A DNA stretch of 63,006 nucleotides, filler included, from Octopus bimaculoides (taxonomy: Eukaryota), in NCBI RefSeq assembly GCF_001194135.2. It is 8 parts of 7 records of this genome, joined end to end, with 100 filler letters (N's around TTAATTAATTAA, not from the genome) between each part and the next. Parts side by side here need not be neighbours in the genome. Positions count along the whole stretch, not along the records: positions 9,698 to 18,797 come from NC_068993.1; positions 18,898 to 24,367 come from NC_069010.1; 6 more parts are not named here. One strand, 5' to 3'. The notes under the pieces are model-generated. The model was given only the letters and a program-made list of their open reading frames with translations, searched no databases and was not told the origin of the DNA. The translations under genes and the position numbers were made by a program. This document shows positions 12,905 through 23,635 of this stretch, piece after piece (within the stretch, counting starts at the first letter, position 1; each line of letters begins with the position of its first letter).

Positions 12905-12998
12905 ACCACGACAGTAATGATGATGTGGATGATGATGATTTTGATGATGATGACGACAGCAACGACGATGATGGTGATGATGACGAGGAGGAAGATGC

Positions 12999-13034
<36 letters not shown>

Positions 13035-13660
13035 CGACGATGATGATGATGATGTTTTTGATCATGATCATGATCATCAACATCATCATTTCGAAAAACG
13101 TTGTCTTTGTCGCCGTCATAGTCGTCTTCACTATTANNNNNNNNNNNNNNNNNNNNNNNNNNNNNNNNNNNNNNNNNNNNNNNNNNNNNNNNNNNNNNNN
13201 NNNNNNNNNNNNNNNNNNNNNNNNNNNNNNNNNNNNNNNNNNNNNNNNNNNNNNNNNNNNNNNNNNNNNNNNNNNNNNNNNNNNNNNNNNNNNNNNNNNN
13301 NNNNNNNNNNNNNNNNNNNNNNNNNNNNNNNNNNNNNNNNNNNNNNNNNNNNNNNNNNNNNNNNNNNNNNNNNNNNNNNNNNNNNNNNNNNNNNNNNNNN
13401 NNNNNNNNNNNNNNNNNNNNNNNNNNNNNNNNNNNNNNNNNNNNNNNNNNNNNNNNNNNNNNNNNNNTCCAGCACCACCACCACCACCACCACCATCACT
13501 GCCGTCACCGCCGTTGCCACCACCACCACCACCACCACCACCGCCGGTACCGGCACCACCAACACCAGCACCGACACCGCCACCACCGTCACATAATACT
13601 TCAGAAGCGTTAACATCTCCAACACCATCAGCATCATCACCATCACCATCATCATACTAT
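12905..13660. repeat. (GAT)n and (CAC)n-rich trinucleotide arrays around a gap
   Basis: Direct inspection. Confidence 0.9.
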
Positions 13661-13768
13661 CATGCCGCCCAACGTAGCAATCGATCCTTCCTTTACACGC
13701 GTAGCTAAGCACACACGCTCGTATAACACTGATCTTCCTGCTCCCTTGTCCCTGCTTTCTGTCAATAC

Positions 13769-13859
13769 CTGATGTGCTGGAATTAGATTGTCTGAACTTC
13801 ACAACGAAATTAGGCGCACCAAATACATTAAATTGATCCAGTATTACTGTCTCCGTCAC
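13769..13859 (-). CDS. Candidate internal exon, possibly the MG7 end of the TEP gene
   Basis: tgttag|...|gtattg, 91 nt open phase 0-1, VTETVILDQFNVFGAPNFVVKFRQSNSSTS. Non-repetitive island between microsatellites. FGAPNFVVKF only weakly resembles TEP LGxVxIxVxA. Lies across a scaffold spacer from the main exons. Confidence 0.4.
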
Positions 13860-14006
13860 CTAACAATATATGCATCTCTTTCGTCACTGCGCTACAGGTA
13901 CATGCATACACATACACATACATACGTACATACATACATTCATATTTATATGTATATATATATAATTATATATATATATTTATGCATGTATGTATGAATC
14001 CGTATG

Positions 14007-14068
<62 letters not shown>

Positions 14069-14078
14069 TCTAACAAAA

Positions 14079-14116
14079 CTGTCCGATGAATGGGAACGTG
14101 AAACTCCGAGTAACAG
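14079..14116 (+). ncRNA. Minimal type-I hammerhead ribozyme motif (family H2)
   Basis: CUGU-CCGAUGA-AUG(GGAA)CGU-GAAACU(CCG)AGU-A-ACAG. Helix I CUGU/ACAG (extends to ACUGU/ACAGU), helix II with GGAA loop, helix III ACU/AGU, cleavage triplet GUA. One core variant (U4C). Confidence 0.7.
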
Positions 14117-14931
14117 TCTTTTGATATATTTCTGCTGCTTTTAAATAAAGCATATTACTCTACCTCTGGTATTTGAGTACTCTTTTTTCCACCTTGTTGC
14201 ACATTTTATGTGCTTACTCCAGTATATACATATATATGTAGATAGATAGAGTGAGAGAGAGTGAGAAGGAAAACAGAAAGAAAGAGATAGAGAGTGAGAG
14301 AGAGATGTACATGTTGCCGAAGTTGTTGATGCTACCAAACGTGTCCCTGAGTAATTTTGGGACCGTATAGGGTGAGGATAGCCGGCTATGATTTACGAAA
14401 AGTCCTAATAAATTTGTTGCTTTTCGCTTGCATGTTTTGCCAGTCTGCATTGAATTCATCCCGAAAATGATTAAGGCATCTAATTTTTCTATAAAATACA
14501 CTAATAAATAAATGAATATATAACAATATAAACACAAATCAAACTTAAAATAAAGCAAATAACGTTAACCCTTCCAGATTTTGGATCAGCCTGTATCAAA
14601 ATCCCATTTTCTTCTGTATTGGACAAGGAAATACTCATCCCATCTCATCTGGGTATGCTAATTTCAAGATTGATATAGTTTATCAGTGTTAACAATAACC
14701 TGTCTTCTCTCGAAGTTTATTTCAAATTCTGTACACAAAACGCCAAAAAAAAAAAAAAGATCGCTCGCCTGGAATATATCAATACATACAGCACCAAAGC
14801 TCACTGTTTAACAAAGTTAGAATTCAATGCTTTAACCAAGGCTTGATGGAATTTATCAAGTACTGTTGCAAGTTGTAAATATCGATATTTATACAATTAA
14901 TCGTGACATTGTAAATAATGACTTCAAATTC

Positions 14932-15130
14932 TGGCACAAGGCTTGTCATTTTGGGGGAGGTGAAAATACCGATTACATCGACTCCACTGCTCAAGTAGTA
15001 CTTATGTTAATGACACCGAGTGGATGAAAGGGAAAGTCAACCCCGATGGAATTTGAACTCAGAGCCTAAGGACGGATGAAATGCTGCTAAGCATTTTGTC
15101 CGGTGGGCTAACGTTTCTGCCACCTCATTT
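14932..15130 (-). mobile_element. SINE S2
   Basis: ggcacaaggc...ggatgaaagggaaagtcaacccc...gaatttgaactcag...gctaacgtttctgcc. Confidence 0.8.
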
Positions 15131-17555
15131 CCGAGGTACGACTCCTCAAATCTGGAACCGGGTTAAATCCGATTGTTTCTACATTACTATTTGACGTGTG
15201 CTAGAGATTATCGGTTTTGGAAGATTTGAAAGGAAATTTTGAGCTCATTGTGGTTTTGGTCCAGAATGTGCAGAAATAGTAATGTTAGAGTCGAGCAAAA
15301 TAATAACAATAGTATTTGATGTAGATATCATTTGTACCGAAAGTGTAGATTAAAGTTATAGTGTTTCAATGGCAGTAAGGTATCCAGCTGGTACTCTTTC
15401 TGAAATTTACTAAATTGCAAATGGATTAAACGATTTTGACGATACTTGCAAACAAACACTGCTACACAGATTTATGAGGGAAACTGATATGAAATGCGAA
15501 TTTCATATCAGAGAAAAACGCGGTGAAAAATGCAGTCAGGCAAACCTGGAGAGAGGAAAATTAATTATTTTCCCCTAACTTTACGTAAGATATTGAAACT
15601 GAGATAGGAGCTTTGAACCAAACACAAATCAGCTAATACTTAATAACGAATGAGCTAAACAGTGTGTAAAAACGCTCATGATGCAAAATTTTAGGAAGAA
15701 ATATTACAAATACATTAGTTTAATATGCTAGCAATAAACGTAGGGAGGCTATAGAGATTAATACTTTAGCTGCGTCAGTAATAAGTTAGAGTTATAATAT
15801 TCCCATCTGCATGCAAGGTTAAACAGAAAAAGAAACACTCACTTACTGTACTAACAATAGACCAACCCAAATACCATATATACAGATTGAAGTTACCACG
15901 AATATAGGAAAGTAGGGAGTTTATGAAGCATGGAAACCATTACAGAATATCATTGAATTTTAACAAGCATATTTTGCGAAGAAAAATAGATCACTATAAA
16001 AATGGTAAAAAAAGAAAACGAGCAAAATCAAGAGAAAAAACTATTTTTCATTTCACGGAAAATAGTTATTATAAAGTACGGCTTGGAGTGACAGACAAAT
16101 ATAAGGAGAAAAGTGAAACAATACATATTATGAAGAGGTTACAATCTAATTATATATGGTTCTACATAATATCATGTTAAATCATTGCAAGAAAAGCTCT
16201 TAAATTATCAGTATCTATAAAGTAAGAGGGTCTAAACGGGACATGGACTAGCAAGAACAATTCAGAATTGGTGGAGAGATTCACGATGGAAAGATATTTG
16301 ATTGTGGTACTAAATCAAAGCTTTCCGCTCAAAACACAATATGTAAGGAAGCAGAATTCATTAAATAACAGCAAAAGATGCGGAAAATGAGAATAATTGA
16401 GACCACATTCTGTTCGCTTGCCCTTTGTTAACCAAGAGTTAAAACATTTAAAGATTTAACACAGCTGGGATGTTATACACTGATATTGTGTCAGCGTTAC
16501 CGAATATCTGCAGTCAAAAGTATTATAAACAAACACTAGGAAGGATTGCAAAGAACGACAATTTGGCCATATTTTGGGATCATCCACCAGTTATTTTGTC
16601 ATAGATCACAAGGAAATCATGTGCCTTTTAATGAATGAAATAATCTCAATGAACGAGAGAATAATTCAGAATTGGTGGAGAGACTCACGGTGGAAATTTT
16701 CTCAATATAAAGGTACGTAATTAAAAATAACCTGAATGTGAAAACTGTATGCAGAAATAATTGCCATTATAATTCGTACCTTGAGAATAATTAAATGGGA
16801 TGAATAAAAAATATCGCCATAACTTGCAGATATACAGATATCTGTATATGCACGACATATAAAAAGACATAAGTAAGTACATTTCACCTGAATTACATTA
16901 AATTCAATACAATGGAAAATAGAACGCACAAACAATATATTTCTCATACCCAAGGAATATAGAGCTGTGGAATACATTCAAAGTACGCAAAGAAAGAAGG
17001 AAAGAAAGACTACTGCAGAAAATATTAAGTGAAAATTAAGTATACTGCACATAAAATGTTTAATAGAGTAAATGTTCACAGATCCAAACAATTTAGAACG
17101 TTCTTCCTAGGCCAACATGAAGGGGGAAATGTTTTAGTGTAACTGAGATAAGAGTCTTACACTCAAAGCAAATTTCTCTGTCCTGAAGAATCAATTGACT
17201 GTATGCAGTAGGAAAATATATTATAAAATTATTCAATTAAAGGATTGAACGAAAAACAAGAAAAAAAAAACGTTTATTTACAATCACAGACACACATTCA
17301 CATATATAGAAGCAGAAACATGTTTATATGAAGTTAATAGGAAAGAATATTAAATACTAGAAATGCAGGTATCAAGGTGCTATGTTTTACAGAAATATAT
17401 TCGAATAGCAATACTGTAATAAATGTATTGAGAATGCATATTTGCTTCAATGACCCAATAACACCAAATAAAAAAAACACTTACTCAGATTCACTCACAC
17501 GTACACACACACGCATATATATATATATACGTACATGCATACATACATAATACAT

Positions 17556-17596
<41 letters not shown>

Positions 17597-18000
17597 CACA
17601 CAATACACAAGCATACACCCACACAGTCACAAACATTGAGACACACAGAGCAGAGAGCTATCGAATGGGTGTGCGTCTAGTGTGCACGTATTTAACTTAG
17701 TATGCATTTATAATTCTACTGCGTGTATAACTTGTCTATATTTAAGGATTCTTTTTATCTGTGGACATCTTTAAAATGCAAGTACTAAAACCATTGATGT
17801 AATTTGATGTTCATTTGATATCGTTTTCGTGCTAAAATTACAACAATATTCAACAAGATATCAATAGTATCTGAACAGTTGCTAATTAGTCCGTGGGCGT
17901 GTCGGGGTGGTGGCGTTATAAGTGTCTATGCTGTGTGTGTAAATGCGCATTTATAAAGAAACACGCATATATATATATATGGTATTCCACAACTCTACTT

Positions 18001-18095
<95 letters not shown>

Positions 18096-18269
18096 TATCT
18101 ATCTATATAGCTTCATAAAACAGTTAGGTTCAATGTTATACTGTAAAGGACGATTATAGTCGTCAACTAAACATGACTATGAGTGTCAAGAATATATGTG
18201 CTTTATAACAGCATTGGAATATTTTAGCACTTATTTCTAGTAATCTTTTCTATTCTTGACACAATGCAA

Positions 18270-18385
18270 CTGGTACTTAATTAACTGACCGCAGCAGAAT
18301 TTGAACTCAGTACATAAAGACAGACGAACTGCAGCTAAGCATTTCGCCCGACGTGCTAACGTTTCTATTTGCTCGCCGCCTTACT
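18270..18385 (-). mobile_element. SINE S2, deleted copy
   Basis: ctggtacttaatt...gaatttgaactcag...gtgctaacgtttc. Confidence 0.7.
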
Positions 18386-18752
18386 CTTATTTTTTGCAAT
18401 GTAGGTGTCTTGATACCGTTAGTGATGTTTAGCGTTTAACTGAAGAAAATATGCACATATATATATATATATGTATATATATATATCAGGTGAGCAGAGT
18501 TAGCGGTTATAATAACTAACAAAGGGATAAAATATCCGTAGGTACTATCGTTATCAGTTACCCGTGTTGTATCTGGGCATGGGTATGCAGGCACGCAATG
18601 CTCGTAGAGAACAGGTAACAACAGAATAACCAAAACTTCATCAGGAATCAAATAAAAATAATCAGAAAATGGTGAAAACTGAGATCAACAAATACACTGT
18701 AGATGTGGTTCAATTGTTTTGTTTGTTGATCTAAGATTTTCTCCAATTTCTG

Positions 18753-18797
<45 letters not shown>

Positions 18798-18897
18798 NNN
18801 NNNNNNNNNNNNNNNNNNNNNNNNNNNNNNNNNNNNNNNNNTTAATTAATTAANNNNNNNNNNNNNNNNNNNNNNNNNNNNNNNNNNNNNNNNNNNN

Positions 18898-19255
18898 GTG
18901 GCACCTTGGGCAAGTGTCTTCTACTATAGCCTCGGGCCGACCAAAGCCTTGTGAGTGGATTTGGTAGACGGAAACTGGAAGAAGCCCGTCGTATATATGT
19001 ATATGTATATATATATATGTATGTGTGTGTGTATGTTTGTGTGTCTGTGTTTGTCCCCACCCCCACCCCAAACATCGCTTCACAAGCGATGCTGGTGTGT
19101 TTCGGTCCCCCGTAACTTAGCGGCTCGGCAAAAGTGACCCTGATAGAATAAGTACTAGGCTTACAAAGACTAAGTCCTGGGGGTCGATTTGCTCGACTAA
19201 AAGGTGGTGCTCCAGCATGGCCGCAGTCAAATGACTGAAACAAGTAAAGAGAAAG
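18898..19255 (+). mobile_element. SINE S1 (5' end in gap)
   Basis: Homology to 57700-58037. Confidence 0.9.
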
Positions 19256-19272
19256 AGAGACAAAAACTTAAC

Positions 19273-19314
19273 ACTGTCAATTCCCAATGGTTCTGATTCT
19301 AAGCGCTTGTAGAC
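19273..19314 (-). pseudogene. Candidate bait-region-entry exon with damaged splice sites
   Basis: Pyrimidine tract catttttatccttatcacg (CG instead of AG), then VYKRLESEPLGIDS, then gttaagt. Position and VYxxL motif fit what follows AVDxSVLL in A2M proteins. Confidence 0.3.
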
Positions 19315-19515
19315 CGTGATAAGGATAAAAATGAATATAACTATATCACCATTCCTCTTCATTGACCTCCATTATATTTTTCTGCCACTCTAAATCCTAC
19401 TAGGCTTTGTGGGTGATTTTCCCCTAAATTCAGTCCAATACAATAAAAGCAAAAAGAAACAATGTACTCTAGTCCCTAGTATTGATGAAAAATTTACTAA
19501 AAAAATCATAATGTA

Positions 19516-19746
19516 GTTGTTGGCACTCCGTCGCTTACGACGTCGAGCGTTCCAGTTGATCCGATCAACGGAACAGCCTGCTCGTGAAATTAACGTGCAA
19601 GTGGCTGAGCACTCCACAGAGACGTGTACCCTTAACGTAGTTCTCAGGGGATATTCAGCGTGACACAGTGTGTGACAAGGCTGACCCTTTGAATTACAGG
19701 CACAACAGAAACAGGAAGTAAGAGTGAGAGAAAGCTGTGGTGGAAG
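19516..19746 (-). mobile_element. SINE S3, 3' part (runs into a gap)
   Basis: High identity to 23636-23870. Confidence 0.9.
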
Positions 19747-20350
19747 NNNNNNNNNNNNNNNNNNNNNNNNNNNNNNNNNNNNNNNNNNNNNNNNNNNNNN
19801 NNNNNNNNNNNNNNNNNNNNNNNNNNNNNNNNNNNNNNNNNNNNNNNNNNNNNNNNNNNNNNNNNNNNNNNNNNNNNNNNNNNNNNNNNNNNNNNNNNNN
19901 NNNNNNNNNNNNNNNNNNNNNNNNNNNNNNNNNNNNNNNNNNNNNNNNNNNNNNNNNNNNNNNNNNNNNNNNNNNNNNNNNNNNNNNNNNNNNNNNNNNN
20001 NNNNNNNNNNNNNNNNNNNNNNNNNNNNNNNNNNNNNNNNNNNNNNNNNNNNNNNNNNNNNNNNNNNNNNNNNNNNNNNNNNNNNNNNNNNNNNNNNNNN
20101 NNNNNNNNNNNNNNNNNNNNNNNNNNNNNNNNNNNNNNNNNNNNNNNNNNNNNNNNNNNNNNNNNNNNNNNNNNNNNNNNNNNNNNNNNNNNNNNNNNNN
20201 NNNNNNNNNNNNNNNNNNNNNNNNNNNNNNNNNNNNNNNNNNNNNNNNNNNNNNNNNNNNNNNNNNNNNNNNNNNNNNNNNNNNNNNNNNNNNNNNNNNN
20301 NNNNNNNNNNNNNNNNNNNNNNNNNNNNNNNNNNNNNNNNNNNNNNNNNN

Positions 20351-20598
20351 GGTTGTCATGTGATGTTGGGGGGACAAACACAGACACACATACACAGACA
20401 TACATATATATATATATACATATACATATATATACGACAGGCTTCTTTCAGTTTCCGTCTACCAAATCCACTCACAAGGCTTTGGTCGGTCCGAGGCTAT
20501 AGTAGAAGACACTTGCCCAAGGTGCCACGCAGTCGGAATGAAACCCGGAACCATGTGGTTGGTAAGCAAGCTACTTACCACACAGCCACTCCTGCGCC
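20351..20598 (-). mobile_element. SINE S1, 5' half
   Basis: Reverse-complement homology to 57638-57870. Confidence 0.9.
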
Positions 20599-20624
20599 TA
20601 GAAAAATTTTTAAAGACAACTTAC

Positions 20625-20669
20625 GGCTTCGAAGTCCATCTCAGTTTTCTTGGAGAGTAACAAGACACT
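20625..20669 (-). CDS. Candidate 45-nt duplicated mini-exon (copy of the 3' end of the 20728-20877 exon)
   Basis: ttttag|AGT GTC TTG TTA CTC TCC AAG AAA ACT GAG ATG GAC TTC GAA GCC|gtaagttgtcttt = SVLLLSKKTEMDFEA, phase 0-0. Only 58 nt separate it from the previous donor. Confidence 0.4.
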
Positions 20670-20727
20670 CTAAAACAGAGTAGTCGTGTCATAGATATGG
20701 CATCAAAAAGTTTGAAAGACAACTTAC

Positions 20728-20877
20728 TATTTCAAAGATCTGATCCGTTTTCTTGGAGAGTAACAAGACACTCTTGTCAACAGCAGTGACAAAGGCAGTT
20801 GTATTGGGGTTACTTTGGATTATTAGTTCTGCTTCTTGGCCTGGTTTCACAGTAGATTCTTTAAATTTAGCATTGAG
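20728..20877 (-). CDS. Exon of alpha-2-macroglobulin/TEP (CD109-like) family gene, end of A2M_BRD (A2M_N_2) region
   Basis: Acceptor ctttgtttcaattctatttcag, 150 nt open phase 0-0, donor gtaagt. Translates LNAKFKESTVKPGQEAELIIQSNPNTTAFVTAVDKSVLLLSKKTDQIFEI. VKPG...AVDKSVLLL is the hallmark A2M/C3/TEP motif. Absent from the ORF track. Confidence 0.9.
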
Positions 20878-21614
20878 CTGAAATAGAATTGAAACAAAGA
20901 CGATGAGCTTTTGTTGTTGATTTATAAGAAACTTGATTTAGAAGAAACTCCTGTAATGAAACAGATTTTGTTCTATCTTGGGAGGGTCATTATGCCAATA
21001 ATGAACACACAGGCGGGTTCTCTTTCACTTCTTTGTTATTCATTTGGTTAACTATTTAACCAGTTAACTGGTCAATTGTTTTAATGAATCGTTTCATCAA
21101 TAAATCAATCAGTAAAGACAGAAAATACGGTGAGTTGGTAAGAACACTCTGAAAACAATGAACGGGAGTCAACATGTGTTTCTGTTGAGATGAGTGCTAA
21201 AGGATTTGTTGGAACCAGGGTTCACTTGATACTCAGGAGTCTTCGACTAACTGCAAAGAAGACAAAAGATGTTGCCAAAAAAAAAAACTGTTGGAAGCTG
21301 CTGAGAAAGGAAGCCATTACATCTGGCTCGAGAGAGAGGACCAGTGGTACAACAAGAGTGAGCATTGTAGACAGCAGAAACATCTGGCCCAGAATTGCAA
21401 CAACTGACTCAACAAAGCTCATGTTATTGGGTGGCCCTGGGCAGATCTGGTGTCACAGTGGAAAGGGCTGAAACATCTACAGAGCTGCTTCATAGTCTGA
21501 GGAGACATCAGTTCTTTAATTCAGGGACAGAATTTGGAAGCACACTCAGCACACTAGTGTTAACCTAAAACGTTTGTCAAAGTCCTTTGGTTGCTATTCA
21601 CAACCTCTTCAGCG

Positions 21615-21725
21615 ACATACAGAGGCAAGAAGTTTACTTCCCAACAGACATGGTTCCAGGTTCAGTCCCTTTGCACAGTACCTAGTGCATGTGTTTTCTG
21701 CTATAACCCCAGGCAGATCCAAACA
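21615..21725 (+). mobile_element. Diverged SINE S1 head (TEP intron)
   Basis: aagaagtttacttcccaacagacatggttccaggttcagtccc matches the S1 head. Confidence 0.6.
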
Positions 21726-22151
21726 CAAAGGATGTGTCCCCCCAGGATATAGAAACAGGTCTGGGTCCACCGAAACAGGCCCAGGAATATGTATACATCA
21801 TTGTAATATCAGTACTTTTCTATGCTCGCATGGCTATGACAGAATTTATTTGAAACAGATTTTCTACAGACAGATGCATATCCTGTCACCAACCTTCACC
21901 TGTTCCCCCCCCAAAAGGTAATATTTCCCCATGCCCAGATATAATTAACATGGAAGCTTGGAAATGAATGACACAGCTCATATCACACACACATACACAC
22001 ACACACACACACACACAAGAGGCTTCTTGTAGGTCTGTCTGCCTATCAAACCCACTTTTAAAGGTAGAAGACGTTTGGGAAGTAGAATTCTTAGCAGAAA
22101 GCTACACCTGTTCCAATGCATGTATACAGAAAATAACGTACACCAACTTAC

Positions 22152-22340
22152 TGATACACTTGTAGGTCTTTTCACATCAACCGTAGCTGATTCAGTCAGA
22201 AGTGCTCCATAACTATCATCATAACCAGCCACTACGTCGGCTTTTAAAAACATTCCCTCGGTATCAAACGAAATTGTAGCACTTTTTGCTGCATTCTGTT
22301 CGACATGTTTTGAGATGAAGACTTTGGAACGGCTCACAAC
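22152..22340 (-). CDS. Exon of the same A2M/TEP gene (MG5/A2M_BRD region)
   Basis: Acceptor ctctatctgcctttcttttacag, 189 nt open phase 0-0, donor gtaagt. Translates VVSRSKVFISKHVEQNAAKSATISFDTEGMFLKADVVAGYDDSYGALLTESATVDVKRPTSVS, resembling the TEP pattern VxSRGxI...FxVTxxMAPxAxLLVYY...GEVVADSxxFxV. Joins in frame to 20728-20877. Confidence 0.85.
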
Positions 22341-22419
22341 CTGTAAAAGAAAGGCAGATAGAGTACAGGAATTTTAGTAGTTATTACACACACACACACA
22401 CACAAATATCTTTTATCCT

Positions 22420-22640
22420 TTACTTGTTTGTTTCGGTCACTGGAATGTACGACCATACTGCAGCACCTGGTTTGAAGGGTTTAGTGGAACATATTAATCT
22501 CAGTACTTATTTTTCTTTCAAGTCTGATACCTATTCTGTCAATCTTTTTTGCCAAACCACTAAGTTGGGGCACATAAACCAAAAAAAAAAAAAACACCAG
22601 TTGTCAAGCAATCGTTGGGGGACAAACACAAGCATACACA
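22420..22640 (-). mobile_element. Diverged SINE S1, 3' half (TEP intron)
   Basis: cagtacttatt..., ccaaaccactaagtt..., gttgtcaagcaatcgttgggggacaaacac match S1. Confidence 0.7.
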
Positions 22641-22654
22641 CGCATATATAGTGA

Positions 22655-22830
22655 GAACACATGGCCAAGTGGTAAGGCTGTTGCACTCAAGATCAGGAGA
22701 TCACGGTTTCAATTCCTGGACCAGGATGCATTGTGTTCTTGAGCAAAACACTATCTCATGTTGCTCTGCGATCAACTCAACACTTGACACATGGTGCACA
22801 GTGTACCTGTTCAGGTAAATTCAATTTGAT
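22655..22830 (+). mobile_element. Diverged tRNA-derived SINE head
   Basis: A-box tggccaagtgg, B-box ggtttcaattcc, then gtgttcttgagcaaaacact. Confidence 0.55.
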
Positions 22831-22859
22831 GGAGGAAATGAGCTTATGTACAGCACATT

Positions 22860-22950
22860 CATCATCATCATTTAACGTCCGCTTTCCATGCTGGCATGGG
22901 TTGGAGACGATTTGACTGAGGACTGGCGAACCAGACGGCTGCACCAAGCT
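22860..22950 (-). mobile_element. RTE-like retroposon 3' tail with (GAT)n
   Basis: atcatcatcatttaacgtccgctttccatgctggcatgggttgg. The same motif occurs in the opposite orientation at about 44255-44315, and degenerately at about 42340-42390. The RTE label is from recall. Confidence 0.5.
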
Positions 22951-23065
22951 CTTGAATAAAAAACAGGATGGTTATGACTGGGTCATCATCAATCATAAGT
23001 TTTGTGAATCAGAACCAAGCCATGACGAAACAACAATTATCAATAAAAATGAAGGACACACTTAC

Positions 23066-23125
23066 AGTGTAGAAAAATTTGGTTACTGGCGCAGGAAAAA
23101 TCACCAAGAATTCCGGTTTACTGGT
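23066..23125 (-). CDS. Short exon of the same A2M/TEP gene
   Basis: Acceptor atcaatctttctttacag, 60 nt, donor gtaagt. Translates TSKPEFLVIFPAPVTKFFYT and joins the next exon to give FFYTVVSRSKV (TEP FYYxVxSRG motif). Confidence 0.75.
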
Positions 23126-23282
23126 CTGTAAAGAAAGATTGATGAACACAACTATGAGACAAAAAATACTGGAGTTCTGAAATGTGTATCTATTTATTTA
23201 TTTATATACATATTCAAATCTATGTATGATATGATAGTTGTCTACTCTATATACAGTGTCTGGCCATTTCCTGCACTTACAC

Positions 23283-23429
23283 CTTAGATCTACGATGGAG
23301 TCTGATGTGGCTTTTTGAACTAGGCAATGTTTTGAAAAGACACCCACATAAATTACAGATCTGCTTTAAGCCAACAAGAGCTACAGTTGTTCTCATCTTT
23401 GTGGTTCTTAAAATGTCTTTTGAGGCCCT
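23283..23429 (-). pseudogene. Frame-disrupted upstream exon of the A2M/TEP gene (MG4 end)
   Basis: The 3' part reads LFKTLPSSKSHIRLHRRSK (SPSxSYLxL-like) and ends at AAG|gtgtaagt. The upstream TEP-like text (GPQKTF, KDENNCSSCWLKADL) lies in other frames, with stops. The 5' boundary is uncertain. Confidence 0.5.
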
Positions 23430-23635
23430 CTGTTAGATTTCCAGACCTTATGGCAAACGTGGCATTGAAAGGTGTGCACAGATATGTAGGGCGGCAGAGT
23501 AGTTGGTAGAGGTTCGTTTTTCACGCGTCCGCAAATGAGATTTGAGCTCAGCAAAAGACAGGCATGGTCTGTCCCAAAGTGTGCACACAAAACGGTTGAG
23601 ATTCATTTTCTTGTTCGTCAAGATATGTATGAAAT

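Noticed and set aside
12925-13596. Poly-Asp / poly-Thr ORF resembling an acidic biomineralisation or mucin protein
   Set aside because: Pure (GAT)n and (CAC)n arrays spanning a 330-N gap, with equally open alternative frames and no signal peptide or splice context.
21222-21422. Hydrophobic 66-aa ORF that looks like a membrane protein
   Set aside because: Lies in a TEP intron, is preceded by an in-frame stop, has no convincing splice sites or family motif, and includes a homopolymer-derived FFF run.
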